From positions 8,005,051-8,069,050 of the forward strand of contig CM119264.1 in assembly GCA_051294375.1 (NCBI GenBank): a stretch of 64,000 nt of DNA. The letters run 5' to 3'. The notes beneath the pieces are model-generated. The model did no database searches. It had not been told where the DNA came from and saw only the letters and a list, made by a program, of their open reading frames with translations. A program made the position numbers and the translations under genes. Source of the stretch: Paraspadella gotoi (lineage: Eukaryota > Animalia > Chaetognatha). This document shows, piece after piece, positions 27,433 through 64,000 of this stretch (positions are counted from its first letter, which is position 1; each line of letters begins with the position of its first letter).

Positions 27433-28365
27433 ATGAACGAGGAATGCTCGCAAATCCTGTGGGGAGTTTTACTCAACTTCCTCCACATTGTCCTATTAAC
27501 CAGTTCCCTCGCCATCTTTCATTCCTTCCCCGACGTCTCCACTCACGCTGCGTTCGTCGTCATTTTCGTCGGGCAACTGGCGAGCACGCTCCCAACGCTG
27601 GGGGTGGCCAAACGCAACTGGTCCATGACGAGTCCGTCCTCGTGTGTGGTGTTTACAATTATCGGCTTCTTGCTCACCTCCCAACTGCTGTTGATGCGCG
27701 GGACTGCGGGTCTGATGAACATCGGCGACTTCGCGGCGATCGAAGCGTCGACGATCCTCTTCGCGCCGCTGATCTCCTCCCTGATGCGGCGCCGCTGCGT
27801 CGGTGTGATCGACTCGTGCGGCGTGCTGCTGGCTCTGGTCGGAATCATCCTTGTCGCGCACCCCAGCATCATTTTCAGCGTGTTCGAATCGACGCCGAGC
27901 TACGCTTATCTCCTCGCCTTTCTCGCTGGACTGCAGACTCTCGCCGTCCCCTTCTTCTTCGGCGCTTTTCCCGACGTCCACTGGTCCAACTTTCTCCTCT
28001 TCCGTTTGGCCTGCAGCGCCGCCGTCGCCGCCGCGTGTCTCGTCGTCGGCGGCGTCACCCAACCCAGTCCGACCGACTGGACTCTGGCGTCGACTATTGG
28101 ATTCTTCGTGGTGGGCGTGTCCACGACGGTGGACTGCGTGGCGCAACTCGTCGGTTGTCAGGAGCTGGAGAGCTTCGACTCTGGGATGGCCGGCTTCATG
28201 GGCAACATGGTGAAGGCGGCAAAAATTCCGCTGGCGTCCATAATGGAGGTGCTATACTTTGCCGACGTGATAACATCGATGGAGGTCGTTGGCATCGCAG
28301 TCGTCTTTGCCGCCATCACTTTGGTGACCGTTGTCAAGTGTTACGCGCCGAGGATGGAAAAATAA
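27433..28365 (+). CDS. Intronless drug/metabolite transporter superfamily (EamA / SLC35G-like) membrane protein, 310 aa
   Basis: One GC-rich ORF with about 10 hydrophobic segments. It shows EamA-type motifs (IGDFAAIEASTILFAPLISSLM; GVLLALVGIILVAHPSIIF; IPLASIMEVLYFADVITSMEVVGIAVVFAAI). Confidence 0.8.
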   Translation: MNEECSQILWGVLLNFLHIVLLTSSLAIFHSFPDVSTHAAFVVIFVGQLASTLPTLGVAKRNWSMTSPSSCVVFTIIGFLLTSQLLLMRGTAGLMNIGDFAAIEASTILFAPLISSLMRRRCVGVIDSCGVLLALVGIILVAHPSIIFSVFESTPSYAYLLAFLAGLQTLAVPFFFGAFPDVHWSNFLLFRLACSAAVAAACLVVGGVTQPSPTDWTLASTIGFFVVGVSTTVDCVAQLVGCQELESFDSGMAGFMGNMVKAAKIPLASIMEVLYFADVITSMEVVGIAVVFAAITLVTVVKCYAPRMEK

Positions 28366-28697
28366 TGAAGTTCTTTTGGTAATAGCGGATTAATGAATTC
28401 ACATATATAATAAATATAAGCAAAGTTGCCTCCTGACTTTGGAGAGGCAATGTTGGGTTCGGGCTTTCAGCCCTTTTACAAGACAATAACGTAAACGCCC
28501 ATTTTGCAATTATTGTATGTTTTTTAAAGTGTTTGAATGAACAGAACATATTTTATAAATTGTGTTTATTTAAAGATAAAAGACAGTCTAAACTTAACAG
28601 GTAGTTAGATGAATGTCAGATTGTACCAAAACTCGGTTTTTAACTTTCTTCTTGTTTTTATCTTTTCATATATTCTTTCTTTCTTTTTTTCTTTCTG

Positions 28698-28789
<92 letters not shown>

Positions 28790-29595
28790 TGAATTTTTCT
28801 TTCTTCCCTCGTTTTTTCTCGAAATTTATCTTTTGCTTCCTTTTTTCTTTTCTACTTTTCAATGTTTGTCTTTTTTTTCTATCATCTTTTTTTTTACCAA
28901 TCCCTTTCAAATCTCTGAGCCCTTTTCTTAAACACACTTCGGCCTTACCTTTTTCTTCTCACTTACCCTTTTTCAAGCAACCTCTGGGCCTCGGTGAATC
29001 GCGCCGACGATAGAGTTGAGGTCAGAGGTCTTGACGTCACGCTTCTCAAGACAATGAAAACGACGACGATGACGACAACGAAGACGACGTCGATTTAATA
29101 GTTTAGCGACTGGTACCGACGCATGTCGAGAAAGGCTTGGCTGATTCCATCTTTTCAACCTATTGTGAAAGCCCGTGGGTTCCTTCAGATTGTGTAACCT
29201 CCTTGGTACTTAGAATCTTATGGGTCGTTTGACAGATCAATCTATATACTACTTAAAAGCCGCAGCCGAAAACTCTCGTAAACTTAAGCAAACCAATTTC
29301 TTTTTTTCTCCTCACATTTGTATTCCTTTCCTTCCTTTCCTCTTCCCCTTTTGCTCTCCCTCGTCACTCTCTCCCCTCAACGTTACTTTTCTTTTGTTAC
29401 AATAATTGGTCCTTTCTCATTTCTCTCTCATCGCTTTTTCCTTCTGCTCATCCTCTTACTCACTCCAATTCTCTTCTTCTTCCTCTTTTTTCTCTTCGTC
29501 CTCTTCCTCTTCATACTCTATTCTTTCCCCCCCGGATACGTACATCTTCAAAAAACTTCCAGAAAACTTTTTAGTCCGTTTCACTCGTCTATCTC

Positions 29596-29656
<61 letters not shown>

Positions 29657-29695
29657 GGAATCCGGTCAAAAATAAAGCGATTTTTTTTTTCCAGA

Positions 29696-58258
<28,563 letters not shown>

Positions 58259-58814
58259 GTTATTAATATTATTAACTTTATGTGAATCAAGAATATTTTT
58301 TTGTTTTAGTTTAGCAAATTATTAAATGTTAAATACTTTAAAAAAAAATAATATTGATTATGAAATTGTTAAAAATTGTTAAAATATTCTCCTAATAATT
58401 CATGTATGTTACATTTTTTTAAAAATTGAGGTCGCTTGTAGTTAGAATGAACGATTATAAATGACTATCTTGCAATGTTTGTATATAAACAAAGTTTTGA
58501 ATAATAAGAGGATTTATTCTGTGTTGATTCTTCATGAGTTGAAAATCAGAATTACAGAAGTTAGTATCAAGCATCGGGTTTACTTTTATTATGAAAATAA
58601 AATTCAGCTCTTCTCCTTGTCGACCCATGAATTCCTTATCGTTTTGGTTAAAGGATTTTTTTAATAAAATAATGTTCCTCTCTTTCCCTCTTTTTCTTTC
58701 TCTTCCTCTCTCGTTCACTCTTTCGCTATCTCCTACCCTTTTCTTCTTCATCAAAAAATCAAAAATTAAACCAGTTTTTTCACAAAGTATTCAAAATATA
58801 AACTGCCCGTACGA

Positions 58815-59057
58815 TTATAAAATGTAAGTATATAAAAAGTTCGTCCAAATTTCCAAGTATAAAAGAATTAAATCATCGTCCCCTCTCTCCTCTTCCTCTT
58901 CCTCCTCTTCGTCTCCCGTGAATTCCGATCCTTCTTCTTCTATAAATAATGAACAAAAATTAATATTAATAATACTTCAAAATATAAGCATCGAAAACAT
59001 TCAAAACTGTGAGCTCACCGTCTCCAGTTTCTTGCAGCGTCTCTTGACTTCCGTTGC
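58815..59057 (-). CDS. Two putative small acidic exons (possible alternative 3' end of the 62-64 kb gene, or a separate small gene)
   Basis: Exon 59057-59019 (catccag|...|gtgagc, 39 nt, phase 1-1) reads GNGSQETLQETGD. It joins exon 58939-58815, which reads EEEGSEFTGDEEEEEEEERGDDDLILLYLEIWTNFLYTYIL*. Confidence 0.35.
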
Positions 59058-59175
59058 CTGGATGAATAAAATGCTTTCTTATATTTGGTTTTCATTCTTG
59101 AAAATTTTATATTTCCAAATTTTTCATTATTAATCGAAAAAAAATCTTAAAAGCATAAGGAATCGAGCCTACTTT

Positions 59176-59420
59176 TGATGATAACCAAATATTGATGCGA
59201 TGATAACCAAATATTGATGCGATGATAACCGAAGGATTGATACGATGATAACCAAATGATGGATGCGATGATAGTCATTCATTGATGCGATGATAATCAT
59301 TCATTGATGCGATGATAGTCCTTCATTGATCGGCATGATAATCATTCATTGATGCGATGATAGTCATTCATTGATGCGATGATAGTCATTCATTGATGCG
59401 ATGCTAGTCATTCATTGACG
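59176..59420. repeat. 22-bp minisatellite, ~11 copies, in two variant blocks
   Basis: Units ttgatgcgatgataaccaaata are followed by units ttgatgcgatgatagtcattca. Confidence 0.9.
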
Positions 59421-59433
59421 TGATGAGTTAATT

Positions 59434-59496
<63 letters not shown>

Positions 59497-59569
59497 CATA
59501 GTGTTGATTGAGAGAGAAATATAGAGAGAATAATAAAATAATAATAAAAGTTTTTAGAAGGAAAAAAAT

Positions 59570-60372
59570 AAAAATCCACGAAAATCTCGGAAATAAATTT
59601 GGGATTTTGTATTAAGAGAAAAGTGGCGTGATAAAAATAAAATTGTTTTATTAGAGTGTGATTAAGCATCAATTAACTTTCTATTTTTTTTTTCAATTGA
59701 AATAAGACTGAAGTCTTTTGTTCATCTAGTTCAAAATGAGGTTGAAAACCTTATTTTTTTGCATATTATTGAAAATTAATGAGATTGATATCGATTGTAT
59801 GAAATGAAAAACTCGTCGCTATAAGGCTAAACTATTTTCAATAATAACGGTCAAAAAATTATAATCTCTATTAACAAAATATATAGTTGAAAATACTCAG
59901 TTAACGACTATGATATTTTTGACTTCCAAATATTTTTTTTTACTTATCAAAAAAAATTTTATTTCCTCATTTTAAAAAATTGTAATCTTGAATGAAATTT
60001 AGATTGTTCTTTATTAAGGAAGATATTGCCTACCTCTCACATTAGCAGAACTCATGTGACATTGCATGGCATCATAAGTTATTATTCACTTTTTTTCAAA
60101 TGAATCCACGAAAATCTCGGATGTAAATTTGGATTTTGTATCGAGAATAAATGGCGATAATAAAAGTTTTTAGAAGTAAAAAAATAATCATAATTTTTTA
60201 AAAAACGAACGATCACGCAAAGAGAGAAAGAGACAGAAAGAGAGAGAGAGAGAGGAGAAAAGCTGAACAGACGCTGCAGAGGCGGAACTCGTTTACTCGT
60301 TTACTCGTCGCCAAGTGACGGTGGTGAAAAAAAGTGACTAAAAAAAAAATAGGAGAGAGAGAAAGGGAGAGA

Positions 60373-60463
<91 letters not shown>

Positions 60464-60720
60464 AGCTGAACAGACGCTGCAGAGGCGGAACACGTTATAA
60501 GTTATTCTTCACTTTTTCTAAATTGTATCCAGGAAAATCTCGGATGTAAATTTAGGATTTGTATAGAAAAAAAAAGCGCGGAATAAATGGCGATAATAAA
60601 AGTTTTAAGAAGGAAAAAAATAATCAGAATTTTTCAAAAAACGAACGATCAGGCATGAGATCGTACAGAGAAAAAGAGAGAAAGAGAGGACAAAGCTGGA
60701 CAGCTGCTGAAGGCGCTGTA
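59570..60720. repeat. Local dispersed direct repeats (2-3 diverged copies)
   Basis: aatccacgaaaatctcgga.taaattt.ggattttgtat recurs at ~59573, ~60103 and ~60527. agctgaacagacgctgcagaggcggaac recurs at ~60261 and ~60464. Confidence 0.75.
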
Positions 60721-61307
60721 CAATCACTGCAGAGCCTGAAATCGTCTTTTCTAAAAAAAAAAAAATATATATATAATTTAAAGAAATAAAGAAAGGCAAA
60801 AATATGTTACAATTGTTTACAATTGGAAATTTTTCCAATTTTTTCCAATCGCAGCTTGTAAAAGATTTTATTTTTATTTGTATTAAAATTAAGATATAGC
60901 TTCCTCATTAAAAAAATCCTTTGAGTTCCCATTTTTATTAAAAATTTAAAACAAATTTTTTGAATTTCATCTTCAATATTATATACTGTAATATGTAAAT
61001 TAGATTAAAGCATTTCTATTATCTAATATAATGAGTACTTTAATCTCATTTGCATATTGCAGTAAATCATAATGAAGTGGAAATTCAAACAAAAAAATAC
61101 TTAAATCCAAATGCAATATGAAAATATCACAGCTATTTCAAGATGAAAAGCCATATCTAAATTTTTAACTTACTATGATCGCACACTTTTGTAAAACTTT
61201 ATCATAATTCATAATAATTTTTATTTAAAAAAAAAACGGTAAGTCACAGCCAAACCATATAAAAGCGTAGTAGTTTTTATATATGAAAAACAAAAGTAGA
61301 GAGATGA

Positions 61308-61557
<250 letters not shown>

Positions 61558-62062
61558 ACAAAGAAGCAACCCTTAAAACATTATAGAGCCTGACCCGGCT
61601 TCGCCGGTCAAGGCTCGATAATAAAAATCAATTTCTTCTGATGTTAAATATAGGTATCTTCCCAAATCACGGACTTGACATTGAAACTAATTTCCCAGTT
61701 TTACCTTCAAAGTCAGCTGATCCAGTTAAATCAGTAGAATTAAACGAAACTTTTTGATCGTCATTCGAATTAGATTCTTAAATCCGAAATTTAAAAAAAA
61801 AAGCAGCAACCAAGGAAAAAAAAGCAAAATAAATCAGAAAACTTAAAAGTGAACGAAAACGAAACGATTAAATTAATATATCAATCAATTCTGTGAGTAT
61901 TATTAATTAGTTATCCCTTGAACTACGTGCATGGAACTAAAACAAACCTTTTGTTAGTCACTTTCAAACTTTGAGCATTATTAGTAGTTTATTATTTTAT
62001 TATTTATACATTTATTTTCATCAATTCATTAATTTTCTGACGAGGTTGGCAATCTCGTAAAA

Positions 62063-64000
62063 TCACGCTGGATGAACTTTGTTGATGCCGAAAGAAATTC
62101 TTTGCACGAGACTCGGTTTTCGCTTTTTTTGCTCATCCTTTTTCTCGTCGGGCTTTCCCTGCTCGGGCAGCCCCTCGCCGGACAATCTCTGCTCGGGCAG
62201 TCCCTCGTCGGATAACCCTTCATTGTTCATTTCCTCGTCGAATGATCTCCGTTGCACGCCCCCGACCGAATTCGATTCGAATTCTTTGAAATCGCCGACT
62301 TCGTCGTCCAACTTTCCTCGTCCTCTTTTGGCCTCCTCTTCCTCAGCCTCCTCTTTCCTTTTCCTCGCCTCAACTCCCTTCGACGAGGAGCTCGAGCTTC
62401 GGCGGGAGGAAGTCGAGGCCTTGGAGGATCGACGAGGAGCTACATAATTCGACGGTCGCTCAACGATTTCGCCTAACAGACTTTGATCTTTGATGGATGC
62501 AGCGTCGTTGTTTTTGTCATTGTTGTTATTTCCCCCGACGGCGTCGCGGACGTCCTCGGAGTCCTTCAACGCTTCGTCAAAAACGCTCATCAAATTCGCG
62601 ACGACTTCTTTGATTTCGCTCAAGGAACAAGGAAACTTCTGGACTTTTTTTAAAAAAGCAGAGGGAAGAAAATAACTTAAACATGTTTAATTGTTTACTT
62701 TTATCACTTTCGCAAAAAAAAAAATTTAAGTTTATCTATATCTATTGATATTAATATTAAAAGTTTTAAATTTGCTATTCGTTTGTTAATTATTTCTAAC
62801 CCCGCGTTTTCTCCTCTCGCCCTCGATTTCCTTCGACTTTCTCCTCCAGCTTCGACTCCATCTCATCTTGCGTCGCTTCGCGAATCAAATCCGTAACGAA
62901 TGGTTCCACTTCCTCGATCGTCTCTCTCTGCCTTTGAAGTCGCTCTTTAAGCTGCTCGTCCGCTTCCGAATTTTCTTCATTCTTTGAATCTTCGACGTAT
63001 TCGTCGCTTCGGTCTTCAGTTCTCGTCGTTTCGCTTTCGTTAATTTTCCCTTCGTTATTTTCATCGTCCGACGGAATCGATTCGCTTTTTTTCTTTTCTC
63101 CTTCGTCTTCAGATTTGCTTTTCTCTTCAGTTTCAAATGCGCCAGATTTGCTTTCATCCTCATTAGTTGCTTCTGCAAAATAATCGCGAGCAACTCCTGC
63201 ATTTTCCGCCTTTCCTGAGATCTGGACTTTCTCAACTTCAATTTCGCCTTCGCCTTTACCCTCATCTTCGCCTTTGCCCTCGTCTACCATTTCGCCTCCG
63301 CCTCCTTTCAAATCCTCCATCGTCGCTTCTCTGATAAGATCAGCGACGAGATCGACGACGTGTCCCTGCACTTCGTTTCGATCCTCGCTCGGCTGCGACT
63401 GCGACTGCGGCTGCGGCGTGCAAACCTCGTCACGTGATTTAGCTTCTCCTTTCTCTCCTTCCTTCTCTTTTTCTTCCTCTCCTTCCTTTTCTTCTTCCTC
63501 TCCCTGCCTCTCTTCTTCTCCCTCCCTCTCTCCTCCCCCCGTGATCTCCGAAGTCTCGAAATCATCGTCGTACTCTCTGTCGTACTCTTCGTCGCCGATC
63601 GTCTCATCTCCCCGACGCGGCGGCGCCGCTTCCAGTTCTCTTCTAACTTCGGTCTCTTCGTTGTCCGACTCTCTCTTCCTCTCTCCCTCCTTGTCGTCGT
63701 CGTCGTCGTCGTCGTCGTCCTCTTCGACGATCGTTTCGATGATGTTAATGTCTATAACCGGGACATTAGCCATTGCTAAGTGTGTGGTTAGTATGGATGA
63801 GTAGTGTGCGTTCGGGAAAAATGTGTCAAAGCGAATGAAGCAAATTAAAAATGCCTTGAATTATCTTCTCGAATTACTGAGAAGTTTTTAACTCGACAAC
63901 GAGACATGTAGAAAACTCGACTTTCCAGTCCTCGTTCTTAATCCCCACCCAAACCCAAACTCACGGAGATCGCCGGCGTTGTCGTCGCCCTCGTCCGCCG
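62063..64000 (-). CDS. 3' part of a gene for a highly acidic, low-complexity protein ending ...GINKVHPA*; continues beyond the window
   Basis: An exon ending at ~63965 (ADEGDDNAGDL, gtgagt donor) joins in phase to the exon starting at ~63775 (PMANVPVIDINIIETIVEEDDD..., open to ~62800). The terminal exon is ~62638/62608-62063; its exact splice junction is uncertain. Confidence 0.7.

Noticed and set aside
27444-28382. Overlapping 312-aa and antisense ORFs over the transporter (similar shadows over 47.1-47.9 kb and 51 kb)
   Set aside because: These are shadow ORFs caused by high GC at third codon positions in the real coding frame.
59176-59420. CRISPR-like periodicity
   Set aside because: The 22-bp units are contiguous with no unique spacers, the context is eukaryotic and there are no cas genes. 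It is a minisatellite.
61588-61615. Hairpin gcctgacccggcttcgccggtcaaggc, terminator-like or Helitron-end-like
   Set aside because: It is an isolated short hairpin with no second terminus identified, and intrinsic terminators do not apply in this eukaryotic context.

Overview
Intron-rich animal (invertebrate-like) genomic DNA from a draft assembly, with three N gaps, dense (AG)n/(GAC)n/(TTTC)n microsatellites and GC-rich exons in AT-rich introns. Genes were assembled by hand from reading frames and splice phases. They are: a secreted serine protease with two C-terminal ShKT domains (3.6-7.5 kb, +); a two-domain sulfurtransferase/rhodanese with several homopolymer frameshifts (24.4-25.9 kb, +); an intronless EamA/SLC35-type transporter (27.4-28.4 kb, +); and the 3' part of an acidic protein ending in KVHPA (62-64 kb, -). 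Between the first two lies about 17 kb with no convincing gene. The main feature is a ~28.5 kb, ~42-exon + strand model for a giant secreted multi-class protease inhibitor (cystatin x2, about 10 unusual VWC-like repeats, thyroglobulin-1 x6, Kunitz x2, Kazal x7). Its introns hold a complete same-strand K2P potassium channel gene. It is also exon-interleaved with an antisense LDLa x7 trypsin-like protease: four inhibitor exons sit inside the protease intron that splits one LDLa domain. One inhibitor intron carries an intact miniature LTR retroelement (TRIM) whose LTRs contain Pol III A/B boxes. The continuity of the inhibitor as a single transcript is inferred, not proven.
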